Source: an uncultured Actinomycetes bacterium (GTDB lineage: Bacteria; Actinomycetota; Thermoleophilia; Gaiellales; Gaiellaceae). From it: a stretch of DNA of 64,000 nucleotides. The notes below the pieces were generated by a model. The model was not told where the DNA came from and made no database searches. It saw only the letters and a list, made by a program, of their open reading frames with translations. Each line of letters begins with the position of its first letter. Positions within the stretch are counted from its first letter, which is position 1. The translations under genes were made by a program, and so were the position numbers. Below, one piece after another: positions 17,431-26,074 of the stretch. The stretch lies in the NCBI GenBank assembly GCA_963815945.1, contig CAWFIN010000006.1:20166-84165 (forward strand), written 5' to 3'.

Positions 17431-17916
17431 AGGCGCCTTGAAGGTGAACGACGCCTTCTCGCCGTTGACGACGACGCTGACCTTGTACGTGTCCCCGGGC
17501 TTGAGCGACACGTTGTTGCCGTAGTGGAAGTCGGATGCGCCCTTGGTGACGCCCTGCATCGCGACCACGGCGAGCTTCGTCCCCGCCATCGACATTGCCG
17601 TCGTGTCGGTGATCGTGATCTTCGGCTTCACGTTCGAGACGACGGCTCCGGTCGAGGCTGACTTGACGTGCAGCTCGAGGTGCCGTTCTGTCTCGCCCTT
17701 CATGGCCATCGAGCTCCCCATCATCGACCCCGAAACCATGACTTCCCCTGTCTTCAGTTTCATCTTCTTCGCGTCCGCCTGCGTGTACATGGTCTCTTCC
17801 GGACCGACCTTCAGCGTCAGCGAGTAACTCGGCGTCTTGGTGGTACGGGTGATGACCGCCGCCGAAGCCGCGGCTGCAGCGACGAGGGCGACGAGAAGGA
17901 CTGCGATTGCGCGCAT
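17431..17916 (-). CDS. Secreted Met-rich protein, P19/FetP/Tp34-like metal-binding fold (tentative); no stop codon found in frame
   Basis: ATG 17916 follows GGAAGGAG. Signal MRAIAVLLVALVAAAAASA. MVSGSMMGSSMAMKG, ERHLELHV and DFHYGNNVSLKPGDTYKV are reminiscent of the HLEADIH / GPHYGxN motifs of the periplasmic iron-transport (P19) family. The frame runs on past FTFKAP. Confidence 0.45.
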
Positions 17917-17960
17917 CCTGGACTCCTTCCTGGTTGGTGGTGTAACGCTCTGGAACCGCG

Positions 17961-18565
17961 CTAGGCGGTAGGCGGCGCGCGCCCGGCGGCCGCAAACGCA
18001 AGCGGCGACCGCGGGCCGACCGAGACGGCCCGGCGCAAGCTGAGCGGCGACAGGCCGAGGAAGACGCGGCGGGCGGAGAGTCGCCCGGCGGCGAGACGAC
18101 CTCGCAAGCAACGCGGAGCAGCGCCGCGACGGCGGCTCCGGCGACGGCTGAGGCGACAAGCGCCCACCAGCCGCCATGGCCGAAGACGCCGGCGAAGCCG
18201 CTCGGGTGACCGACCGCGAAGACGCTCTCCAGCAACTCCTGGATGACGTAGATAGCGACGAGGCTCGCCGAGGCGAGCAGCCAGAGCCCGGCGAAGGAGC
18301 GACGCGGATGGTCGTCGCCACCCGCGACGAACGCGCGGGCGACGCGGAGCAGGAAGGAGCCGGCGCCGAGGCCGATCAGGAGCACGAGCCAGGGCGCAAG
18401 CGAGTTCAGGTACGAGTGCCCCTGCGCCGCGAGCGCGCTGTCCGCGTGCGATCCGTATGCCAGCGTGTAGCGGAGCTGGTGGACGGCGAATGCCGCAAGC
18501 GGCAGCAGCAGAACCCCGCGGCCGGAGACGACCCTGCGGGAGCGTCCGGGGGCCATGCTCGCCAT
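17961..18565 (-). pseudogene. Polytopic membrane protein of unknown family, paralogue 1; 3' end unresolved
   Basis: ATG 18565. LLLPLAAFAVHQLRYTLAYG, QGHSYLNSLAPWLVLLIGLGAG, LWLLASASLVAIYVIQELLES, GHGGWWALVASAVAGAAVAALL. The nearest usable stop (TAG 17961) is in another frame. Confidence 0.5.
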
Positions 18566-18605
18566 GATACCTCGGAGAATCGCGTCTTCCCCAACCCGCC
18601 CGCTG

Positions 18606-18836
18606 GGTGACTTTCAGGAGACCCTTCATTCCGCCGGCCGCTTGGCCGGGCACGGTGCAGAGGTACTCGTATGTTCCGGCCGTCTTGAAGATCACTCGCA
18701 GCGTGGCACTGCCACCGGGTGAAATGACCGGAGTTTGGACGCCGGCACACGAGTTGCCCAGCCCACGAGTCTGCTTCGAACAGACTCGGAAGGCGTGCTG
18801 GAGTTTTCCGCGATCGGTCAGCCTGAACGCCACCGC
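18606..18836 (-). pseudogene. Cupredoxin domain fragment lacking its N-terminal strands, joined to truncated paralogue 2
   Basis: VAFRLTDRGKLQHAFRV..SATLRVIFKTAGTYEYLCTVPGQAAGGMKGLLKVT follows the plastocyanin-like C-x2-P-G-H-x3-G-M pattern, but with Gln (18642-18644) where the His ligand is expected. No own start, signal or in-frame stop. Confidence 0.45.
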
Positions 18837-19264
18837 CCGCAGCGAGAGAGGCGACGAGTGCCCACCAGCCGCCGTGGCCGAAGACACCGCCAACGCCACT
18901 CGGGTGACCGACCGCGAAGAAGCTCTCGAGCAGCTCCTGGACGACGTAGATCGCGACGAGGCTCGCCGCGGCAAGCGCCCAGAGCCCGACGAAAGAGCGA
19001 CGAGGACGGTTGTCCTCCTCCGGCAACGAAAGCTCGGGCGACACGGACCAGAAACGAGCTCGCTCCGAGGCCCATCAAGAGCACCAGCCATGGCGCGAGC
19101 GAGTTCAGATAGGAGTGCCCCTGTGCGGCGAGCACGCTCCCCGCATTCGAGCCGTAGGCCAGCGTGTAGCGAAGCTGGTGAACGGCGAACGCAGCCGCCG
19201 GGAGCAGTACGAGCCCGCGACCGCGGACGATGCTGCGAAGACGCGAGTGCGTCACGGCGGGCAT
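18837..19264 (-). pseudogene. Polytopic membrane protein, paralogue 2; frameshifted and 3'-truncated
   Basis: ATG 19264. LVLLPAAAFAVHQLRYTLAYG..QGHSYLNSLAPWLVLLMGLGAS..VARAFVAGG | EEDNRPRRSFVGLWALAAASLVAIYVVQELLES..GHGGWWALVAS, with a shift near 19020. By eye clearly homologous at the DNA level to 18176-18565. Confidence 0.5.
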
Positions 19265-19282
19265 TTTACCCCGGGGCCTGTC

Positions 19283-20788
19283 TTACGGAACGGTCGCCCG
19301 CGCCGCCGCGGCTTCCTCCTCGAGCACCGCCTGGAGCTCGGGAGTGGTCGGAGCAGCCCTGTACGGCTGCTCGTCCGGCACGTCGGTCTCGTGGTAGACG
19401 CTCTCGGCGTTGACCTCCCAGATGTCGTGGCGCGCGCCCGTCAGCAGGTTGTCGACCGCGCGCATCGCCGTCAGCATCGAGTGGTCGGAGTTGTTGTAGC
19501 GGTGGAGGCCGTTCCGGCCGACCTGCTGGAGATTCTCGGTCATCTCGAGCCAGTCACGGATGATGCCGACCCGCTCGGCGTACTCGACGTCGTAGATCGG
19601 GTACGCCTTCGGGACCCGGATCGCGAAGCCGCGCTCGACCTTGCTCCGCGGAGCGAGACCGAGCTGCTCGAGCTCCCGCGCGGCCAGCTCGACGAGGTCG
19701 TCGTCGTCCATCATCCAGAGGTCGTCTCCCTCGAAGCAGAAGTACTCGAGGCCGATGCAGGCCTTGTCGGGGTCCGGAACCATCCAGGGGCTCCAGGAGC
19801 GGTAGTTCTGGATCCGGCCGACGCGAACGGCCGGCTCGTGGATGTAGAGCCAGTTGTCCGGGAACAGATCCTCGCCGTCCACGACGAGCGCCACGGTGAG
19901 GAAGTCGCGATACCGCAGCCCGAGTGCCGCGTCGAGGATCTCGTCCGGAACGCGCGGGCTCGCCATGCGAACGGTCTCGCGAAGCGGCAGCGACGAGATG
20001 ACCGCCGCGGGCTCGTACACCTCGCCGCCCGCCTCGACACGGACGACCCTTCCGTCTTCGAGCTCGAGGGTCTCGACCGGCGCGCTGAGGCGAACCTCGC
20101 CTCCCTCGGCCTCGATCGCCTCCGTCATCGCGTCCCACATCTGCCCGGGCCCGTACCGCGGGTAGTTGAACTCGGAGATCAGGCTCTTGACCTTGTTCCC
20201 CTTGTTGCCGAAGAACGCGGCCTTCGCGGCCGAGAAGAACGACAGCCCCTTGATCCGCTGCGCGGCCCATTCGGCACGGATCTCGGTCGTCGGAACGCCC
20301 CACAGCTTCTCGGTGTAGGTCTTGAAGAAGAGCTCGTAGAGGCGCTTGCCGAAGCGGTTCGACACCCAGTCCTCGAACGACTCCTCCTTGCGCTTCGGCA
20401 TCACCGCCGCCTTCACGTACGAGGCGACGCAGCGTGTCAGCTCGACCGGGCCGAGCTTGCGAATGACGTCCGGGCCTCGCAGCGGGTAGTCGAGGAAGCG
20501 TCCGTTCCAGTAGATCCGCGACATCCGCGGCCGGAGGAGGAACTCCTCGCCGAGGATCTCGTGCCAGAGCATGTCGACCTCGATCGACTTCGTGAAGAAG
20601 CGATGGCCACCCAGGTCGAACCGGTAGCCGTCGATCTCGACGGTCTTCGCGAGCCCGCCGACCTGGTCCTCCGCCTCGAGCACGACCACACGGCGTCCGG
20701 CCCTTGCGAGCAGGTACGCAGCGGTCAGCCCGGCGGGTCCACCGCCGAGGACGAGCACCGTCCCGTGTTCGTTGCCGTTTTCCGTCAC
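19283..20788 (-). CDS. NAD(P)/FAD-dependent oxidoreductase (amine-oxidase / UDP-galactopyranose-mutase-like fold)
   Basis: Intact 501 aa. Dinucleotide-binding VLVLGGGPAGLTAAYLLARAG..VVVLEA..GG; GGHRFFTK; YTEKLWG; NYPRYGPGQMW. Confidence 0.8.
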   Translation of the reverse strand: MTENGNEHGTVLVLGGGPAGLTAAYLLARAGRRVVVLEAEDQVGGLAKTVEIDGYRFDLGGHRFFTKSIEVDMLWHEILGEEFLLRPRMSRIYWNGRFLDYPLRGPDVIRKLGPVELTRCVASYVKAAVMPKRKEESFEDWVSNRFGKRLYELFFKTYTEKLWGVPTTEIRAEWAAQRIKGLSFFSAAKAAFFGNKGNKVKSLISEFNYPRYGPGQMWDAMTEAIEAEGGEVRLSAPVETLELEDGRVVRVEAGGEVYEPAAVISSLPLRETVRMASPRVPDEILDAALGLRYRDFLTVALVVDGEDLFPDNWLYIHEPAVRVGRIQNYRSWSPWMVPDPDKACIGLEYFCFEGDDLWMMDDDDLVELAARELEQLGLAPRSKVERGFAIRVPKAYPIYDVEYAERVGIIRDWLEMTENLQQVGRNGLHRYNNSDHSMLTAMRAVDNLLTGARHDIWEVNAESVYHETDVPDEQPYRAAPTTPELQAVLEEEAAAARATVP

Positions 20789-20820
20789 TGTTCGCTCAGC
20801 GCCCCGGCTCGATGCTAACA

Positions 20821-20842
20821 GCGCCTCCCGATCGGGAGGCGC
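20821..20842 (-). terminator. Perfect 9-bp GC hairpin between the glycosyltransferase and oxidoreductase genes (terminator or processing/attenuation site)
   Basis: GCGCCTCCC gatc GGGAGGCGC. The sequence is its own reverse complement, has no clear U-tract, and sits in the 66-bp spacer 20789-20854. Confidence 0.4.
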
Positions 20843-20854
20843 CAGGGGAACGCG

Positions 20855-22348
20855 CTAGGCCGGCTTGCGGACGTAGACGACCGCCTGGAGCGGCTTGAAG
20901 TAGTTCAGCTTCTGGAGGATCTCGTTCGTTCCGACGAAGCCGATCCGGCGGAAGCGCGGGTCACGCGCGATGTCACGAGTCCACGTCTGCGAGGTCAGGT
21001 AGACGGCCCTCGTCCAGCGCGACTGCCAGGCGCGGTAGTCGCGGAAGACCGGCGAGACGACGACCAGGTGCTGGCCTGGGCGAACGGACGCAAGCACCGG
21101 AGCGAGGTCGGCAGCGGGGGTGACGGCGTGGATCCGGTCGAGCGCGTCGCGCCAGTCCATCACCTGCTGGTCGCCGACAGGGCCGAGTGTCGTGGCGAAG
21201 CGATACCCGGGCCCGAGGTAGTAGCGGAGCACCGGCACCTGCTCGGGATGTGTGGAGAGAATCACGTCGCCGGGCCGGATGTCGGGCGAGACGCCCGCCG
21301 CGATCGCGCGCGCGTTCTCCTTGTTGTCCTGCTGGACGTAGTTCGTCCAGATCACGCAGACCGCGACGAGCGCGACGAGGCCGAGGCGCCCGGCACGGGC
21401 GAGGCCGGCCGCCGAGATCATCAGCAACGGCCCCAGCACGACCCCGAAGTAGCGGGTTGTCCATGCCGGCGTGATCTGGGAGGAGAGCCAGGCCAGGAGC
21501 ACGGTCGCGCCGACGACCGTGGCCAGCGAGAGAACCGGCCGGCGGGCGGGGTCGGAGCGACGGCGGATCGTGGCCGCGAGCCCGACGCCACCCGCGAGCA
21601 CGATCGCCGTGAACGGCGCGTCGCCGGAGAGCACCGCACCGGGCGCGAGCAACAGCGCATGGAGGCTCGGCGCCATCGCCCACGGCGCCGCGGTGTGCTT
21701 GCTCTGGGAGAGCAGCGTCGGCAGCCACGGCAGGTAGAGGAGCAGCATGATCCCGCCCGCGATCGCCGCTTCCTTCCACTTGTCGCGCGCGAACAGAAGC
21801 GTGGCGACCGCGTATCCGAGAACGAGGAAGAGGCCCCAGTTGTGCGTGTAGAGAATGAGCACGAGCGTCACGCCGAGGACCGGGAGGTAGCGTCGGCGGC
21901 CGTCCAGCACGCCGTGGACGTAGGCGATCGCGGCAACGAAGGAGAGCGCCGCGACCAGCGCGTACATCCGCGTCTCCTGCCCGTAGTAGGTCAGATACGG
22001 ATCGACAGCGGCGAGACCGGCGCAGATCCAGCCTGTGAGCGCGCCGAAGATCGAGCGGCCCGCCCAGTACGCGAGTGGGATGCAGGCCAGCGCGAAGATG
22101 AGCGACAGCGCGTGGGTCGCTCGCTCGCTGTCCCCGAACGCGCCCATCCAGACGTGCAGCAGGAGGTAGTAGAGGGGCGGCGAGCCGTCCTGGCGCAGGA
22201 GACCGGGGATCGCGGTCAGCGGGTGGTGAGCGATCCCGACGGAGAGGCCTTCGTCGATCCAGAACCCGGCGCCGAGCACGCGCGTGCGGATCCACAGCGA
22301 GACCGCCGTGATCAGCGCGAGCCCGGTCACCGTCGCCCAGACCGGCAT
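20855..22348 (-). CDS. Polytopic glycosyltransferase, GT39/ArnT-like (lipid-linked sugar donor type)
   Basis: Intact 497 aa. About 11 TM helices with an early FWIDEGLSVGIA loop motif and PPLYYLLLHVW, plus a C-terminal soluble domain. Confidence 0.7.
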   Translation of the reverse strand: MPVWATVTGLALITAVSLWIRTRVLGAGFWIDEGLSVGIAHHPLTAIPGLLRQDGSPPLYYLLLHVWMGAFGDSERATHALSLIFALACIPLAYWAGRSIFGALTGWICAGLAAVDPYLTYYGQETRMYALVAALSFVAAIAYVHGVLDGRRRYLPVLGVTLVLILYTHNWGLFLVLGYAVATLLFARDKWKEAAIAGGIMLLLYLPWLPTLLSQSKHTAAPWAMAPSLHALLLAPGAVLSGDAPFTAIVLAGGVGLAATIRRRSDPARRPVLSLATVVGATVLLAWLSSQITPAWTTRYFGVVLGPLLMISAAGLARAGRLGLVALVAVCVIWTNYVQQDNKENARAIAAGVSPDIRPGDVILSTHPEQVPVLRYYLGPGYRFATTLGPVGDQQVMDWRDALDRIHAVTPAADLAPVLASVRPGQHLVVVSPVFRDYRAWQSRWTRAVYLTSQTWTRDIARDPRFRRIGFVGTNEILQKLNYFKPLQAVVYVRKPA

Positions 22349-22423
22349 GCGCGTCGACGTCGAGCCTCAGCCCACGACCGCGGCTCGCCGCCGCCGAGCC
22401 CGAGAGCGACGACACCCCGCTTC

Positions 22424-22723
22424 TCAACCGGGCTCGGCCGGCGGTGACGCGATCATCTTCAGGTTGGAAACCGTCCGCTTGCCGTTCAGCGTGTAGACGA
22501 CGTCAACCGAGTCGTTCTTCCCGTAGCTCCCCGCGACTCCGAGGAACATCGAGGCCATGCGCCAGAACCCGAGCTTGCCTTCTTTTTCAAGCGGGCGCTC
22601 GAAAACGAGTGCAGAGCCGACGATGTCGTAGTCGTCGCCTTCGATCTGGGGAACGCCGTTTACGAACACCTCGAACGGTGGGCGCACGTGTGGCGGCAGC
22701 TCAACCTGTGTTCTCTGTTCCAT
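22424..22723 (-). CDS. Small conserved-looking hypothetical protein
   Basis: Intact 99-aa ORF with balanced composition (VFVNGVPQIEGDDYDIVGSALVFERPLEKEGKLGFW). ATG 22723. First gene of the minus-strand array. Confidence 0.55.
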   Translation of the reverse strand: MEQRTQVELPPHVRPPFEVFVNGVPQIEGDDYDIVGSALVFERPLEKEGKLGFWRMASMFLGVAGSYGKNDSVDVVYTLNGKRTVSNLKMIASPPAEPG

Positions 22724-22743
22724 CGCTATACCATGCCACTTGC

Positions 22744-23958
22744 GTGGGTTGGAACGCGAGACCAGGGGAACAACACCGAGCGGGGCTCTGGGCCCGGCTC
22801 ATCGCCGTCGGCGCGGTCGCTGCTACCGGCATGGCGGTCGTCTCGGGCGCTGCGGGTTGGGGAACCGCGCACCGGCTGCTCGCCGGCGTGACGCTGCCGC
22901 CGCTCATTGCGCTCGTCGTCCTCGCCTGGGTGTCCCTGCGCCGGCTCCTCGTCCCGGCGGTCGCGGCGCTCGTGCTCTTCGGGCTGGCAGCGCTCCTGAC
23001 CGGGCCGACCGTGCACCTCGCTCTCGCCTCCGCTGCCTTGGCCGCGACCACGCTCCTGGCGATCCGGGTCTTCCGAAGCGGCAAGCTCGCGCGAGGAGAG
23101 GACGACCTTCGCGACTACGTCACGCTGACCAAGCCGCGCGTGATGTCGTTGCTTCTCCTGACCGGCGCCGCCGGCGTCTTCGTCGGCGCTTCCGGTGTGC
23201 CCGCGGCGGGCATCTTCGCCGCCACGATGATCGGCCTCGCGCTCGCCTGTGGCGGCGCCGGAGCGCTCAACCACTACCTCGACCGCGACATCGACAAGCT
23301 CATGGGCACGCGCACCGCGACCCGGCCGGTCGCCGCAGGCCGCATCGCGCCCGGGCACGCGCTCGAGTTCGGGATCGCGCTCTCCGCGGCCTCGTTCGTC
23401 CTGCTCGACTCGCTCGTCAACCTCCCGACGGCGCTTCTCGCCCTCGCGGGGTGCCTCTTCTACGTCTTCATCTACACGCAGTGGCTGAAGCGCTCGACGT
23501 CGCAGAACATCGTCATCGGCGGCGCGGCAGGCGCGGTGCCGCCGCTCGTCGGCGCGGCGGCAGCGACCGGCCACCTCGGCTGGGGCGCGGCCGTCATGTT
23601 CGGGGTCGTCTTCCTCTGGACGCCGCCACACTTCTGGGCGCTCGCGCTGATGATCAAGGAGCACTACGCGAAGGCGAACGTGCCGATGCTGCCGGTCGTG
23701 CGCGGCGACCGCGAGACGGCCAGGCAGATCGTCTTGTACTCGATCGCCCTGGTCGTGGGGACACTGGTGCCGGTCGCGTTCGGAGTCTTCGGCCTCGTCT
23801 ACGGAGTCGTCGCGCTCGTCCTCGGTGCGCTGATGCTCTGGTGGTCGATCGAGCTCTGGCGCGACACGAGCCGCCCGAAGGCCGTACGGGTCTTCCACTA
23901 CTCGATGCTCTACCTCGCGCTGCTCTTCGTCGCGATGGCCATCGACGTCAGCGTCTGA
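22744..23958 (+). CDS. ctaB: Protoheme IX farnesyltransferase (heme O synthase) with an extra N-terminal multi-helix extension; start uncertain
   Basis: DYVTLTKPRVMSLLL, GGAGALNHYLDRDIDKLMGTRTATRPVAAG, NIVIGGAAGAVPPLVG and FLWTPPHFWALAL are UbiA-family CtaB/CyoE motifs. About 110 aa of TM helices precede them. GTG 22744 is the first in-frame start. ATG 22733 would need a frame change. Confidence 0.85.
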   Translation: MGWNARPGEQHRAGLWARLIAVGAVAATGMAVVSGAAGWGTAHRLLAGVTLPPLIALVVLAWVSLRRLLVPAVAALVLFGLAALLTGPTVHLALASAALAATTLLAIRVFRSGKLARGEDDLRDYVTLTKPRVMSLLLLTGAAGVFVGASGVPAAGIFAATMIGLALACGGAGALNHYLDRDIDKLMGTRTATRPVAAGRIAPGHALEFGIALSAASFVLLDSLVNLPTALLALAGCLFYVFIYTQWLKRSTSQNIVIGGAAGAVPPLVGAAAATGHLGWGAAVMFGVVFLWTPPHFWALALMIKEHYAKANVPMLPVVRGDRETARQIVLYSIALVVGTLVPVAFGVFGLVYGVVALVLGALMLWWSIELWRDTSRPKAVRVFHYSMLYLALLFVAMAIDVSV

Positions 23959-24065
23959 AACAGGAGCCTCCGAGGCCGCTCTGGCGGTAGGACGCTCGCG
24001 CACCGTACGGGCCTCCACCCTGGAGGCACCACGGACACAGACTTGCCCTGCCATCATGTGACGAC

Positions 24066-24575
24066 GTGACTCAAAAGTCGGGCCGGATGCGCTTTGCGCC
24101 GAAGGTAATCCCGCTCGCGGTCGTGCTCTGCGCGCTGGCTTCCAGCTCCAGCTCGGCAGGAGCGGCTTCGAGAGGAGTCGGCGTCTGCGGTTCGGCGGTT
24201 CAGACGGGGACACTGCCCGTCTGGGCGCGCGGTGGCTTCCGCCCCCCGACGCAGCGGATTCCGCACGTGCTCGGGCGCTCGGGTGCGATCGTCGCGATCC
24301 TCTTCGCCTATCCCCTGCAGGCGCCGCCGCCAGTCACTCACAACAACAAAATCCTCTGGGTATCCCGCGCTCCCGTCAACTCGCTCACAAGTCTAAAAAT
24401 CTCTGCGCAGCGGATGAACGGAACGCGGCTACTCGGCAATCCGGTTCAAAGGAGCGTCACGGGTGGCCCCGGCCCCTCGATCATCAACCTGCCCACCCCA
24501 GGTTGCTGGCGGCTTTCGCTTCGCTGGGCAGGTCGCGCAGACAGCCTCGATCTCCAGTACCGACCGAGGCACTAG
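24066..24575 (+). CDS. Hypothetical exported protein
   Basis: 169-aa ORF. Signal-like VIPLAVVLCALASSSSSAGA. Non-repetitive composition in a locally lower-GC stretch. No family recognised. Confidence 0.45.
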   Translation: MTQKSGRMRFAPKVIPLAVVLCALASSSSSAGAASRGVGVCGSAVQTGTLPVWARGGFRPPTQRIPHVLGRSGAIVAILFAYPLQAPPPVTHNNKILWVSRAPVNSLTSLKISAQRMNGTRLLGNPVQRSVTGGPGPSIINLPTPGCWRLSLRWAGRADSLDLQYRPRH

Positions 24576-24688
24576 ACAACCTTAGAACCGGTCATATTGG
24601 CCGTCAGCGTTCTCTGAGGTCATTCGCGAACGCTCGGGCAGCCGACGGTCATCACCTCGTACCGAGCTTTCTGGGCGCCGAGAGCCTC

Positions 24689-25042
24689 CTAGTTCGGCGT
24701 CCCATGAGGTCCCTCGAGGGCGAAGGGTGTTCCCTCCGAGTCGCGACAGATCACCCACCGGTCCCCCGGATGGACGATCTCGCCGCCGAGAGCATCCACC
24801 CGCGCTACGGCGGAAGCGAGGTCGGCGACCGGAAAGTAAGGGAGCGAAAAGCGGTCGCCAGGGCCCGTGCCGCGCTCGTGCAACCCGACCACGATCCCCT
24901 CGTACTCGGTCTGCCAGCCGCGCCCATCCTCTGGTTGGCGATTCTCCAAAGTTGTCTGCAGCAACTCCTGCCAGAAGTGTCGTGCCCGCTCAGGATCGTC
25001 GGCGGGGAACTCGATCAGGAACCGAGAGCGCAAGACGTTCAC
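24689..25042 (-). CDS. VOC (glyoxalase/bleomycin-resistance-like) family protein
   Basis: 117 aa. ERARHFWQELL..GIVVGLHE..YFPVADLASAVARVDALGGEIV..RDSEGTPFAL matches the single VOC module pattern. Confidence 0.6.
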   Translation of the reverse strand: MNVLRSRFLIEFPADDPERARHFWQELLQTTLENRQPEDGRGWQTEYEGIVVGLHERGTGPGDRFSLPYFPVADLASAVARVDALGGEIVHPGDRWVICRDSEGTPFALEGPHGTPN

Positions 25043-25077
25043 ACCGTACCGAGAACCCTTCGCTTGCGCTCTCCTCG

Positions 25078-25380
25078 TCAGGGGTCGAACGGCTCAAAGA
25101 TCGCTTGCAGGGAGCCGTCGGCTTGCACGTCAAAGCGGAGGTCGATCCCGGCAACATGATATTCGTCGCTGATCGCGTCGAACGCGGACTGAACGTCGGC
25201 GCGGGTTAGCAACGGGCTCGTGAGCACCAACACGGCGCCCTCGTCGCCCTCGTAGCCCCATCTCGGGGCCAGGTCGAAAACCACCGCACAGGTCTGCCGG
25301 AAGATCTCTGGTCGTGATCGAGCCTCGAGCGGCACGCGACCGCTTCGGGTTTGTTTCGACGCAGGATGCACAAGCACCAT
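25078..25380 (-). CDS. Hypothetical protein
   Basis: 100-aa ORF upstream of and co-directional with the VOC gene (35-nt gap). No motif recognised. Confidence 0.4.
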   Translation of the reverse strand: MVLVHPASKQTRSGRVPLEARSRPEIFRQTCAVVFDLAPRWGYEGDEGAVLVLTSPLLTRADVQSAFDAISDEYHVAGIDLRFDVQADGSLQAIFEPFDP

Positions 25381-25592
25381 CGTCTCGACTCCCTTTCAAT
25401 CGGCTAATGAAACATAGAGGCGCCGGAGCCGGCTGTCATCGGTGAAGCCACTGACCGGTATGTCAAATTTTCCGCAGATAGCGTGAGCGGCGCGGAACCC
25501 AAACCGCCTCGCCACACCAACCACTCCGCTCTACAGCACTCGACTGGCCAGGACGACCCGGCAGGGTTCGGCCCGCCGTACCGGCTTGAGTG

Positions 25593-25889
25593 CTAGGTAA
25601 CCGAGTCGCGGAAACCGACCGCCTCGCCGGCGATCGCGCTCGACTCCTCGACCGGGAGGATCGGTGTCACCGTGAGTCGCAACCACGGCACCCAGGGCGC
25701 CGTTGTCCGGGCAAGCGCCGCAGCGCTGTCGGCTTCGACGATCGCGACACCGCCACTACCGTCTGCGAACCCATAGAAACCCTTGAACTCCGCACCTGCG
25801 GGCGGCTGCCATTGAGCGAAGACTGCAAGCGACCGTCGCGTACCCTCCTCGCTCGTATCGATGAAGTCCCAGGTTACGTGGAAGAGCAC
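25593..25889 (-). CDS. DUF3303-like small protein
   Basis: GTG 25889 follows AAGGAGG. VLFHVTWDFIDTSEEGTRRSL..WQPPAGAEFKGFYGFADGSGGVAIVEADS..WLRLTVTPILPVEE matches the pattern I associate with DUF3303. Confidence 0.55.
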   Translation of the reverse strand: MLFHVTWDFIDTSEEGTRRSLAVFAQWQPPAGAEFKGFYGFADGSGGVAIVEADSAAALARTTAPWVPWLRLTVTPILPVEESSAIAGEAVGFRDSVT

Positions 25890-26074
25890 CGGCGTACCTC
25901 CTTGAAGTCGACGGTCGAACCCTAACGAGGCCGCCACGGCCGAGCAAGCATCCTCCCAAGGAAATGCCGACCGCCGGCGGACACTCGGGCGAGGTGGGCG
26001 CCCGGGGAACATTCCCAAATGCCGGCGCACGTGAGGACTCTCTCGCACCTGAGCACCGCTGAGACTCGTGCTGC

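Noticed and set aside
17917-17932. The identical 12-mer GGAAGGAGTCCA lies upstream of two unrelated small exported genes (starts 17916 and 1256).
   Set aside because: It is essentially a Shine-Dalgarno core plus 6 nt. It is too short, and there are only two copies, so a shared regulatory element cannot be claimed.
15814-18321. 835-aa minus-strand ORF that looks like one giant protein.
   Set aside because: It is a read-through frame that coincides with the true frame of four different short genes in turn. Start codons, signal peptides and ATGA overlaps at 17916, 17429, 16488 and 16004 show separate cistrons.
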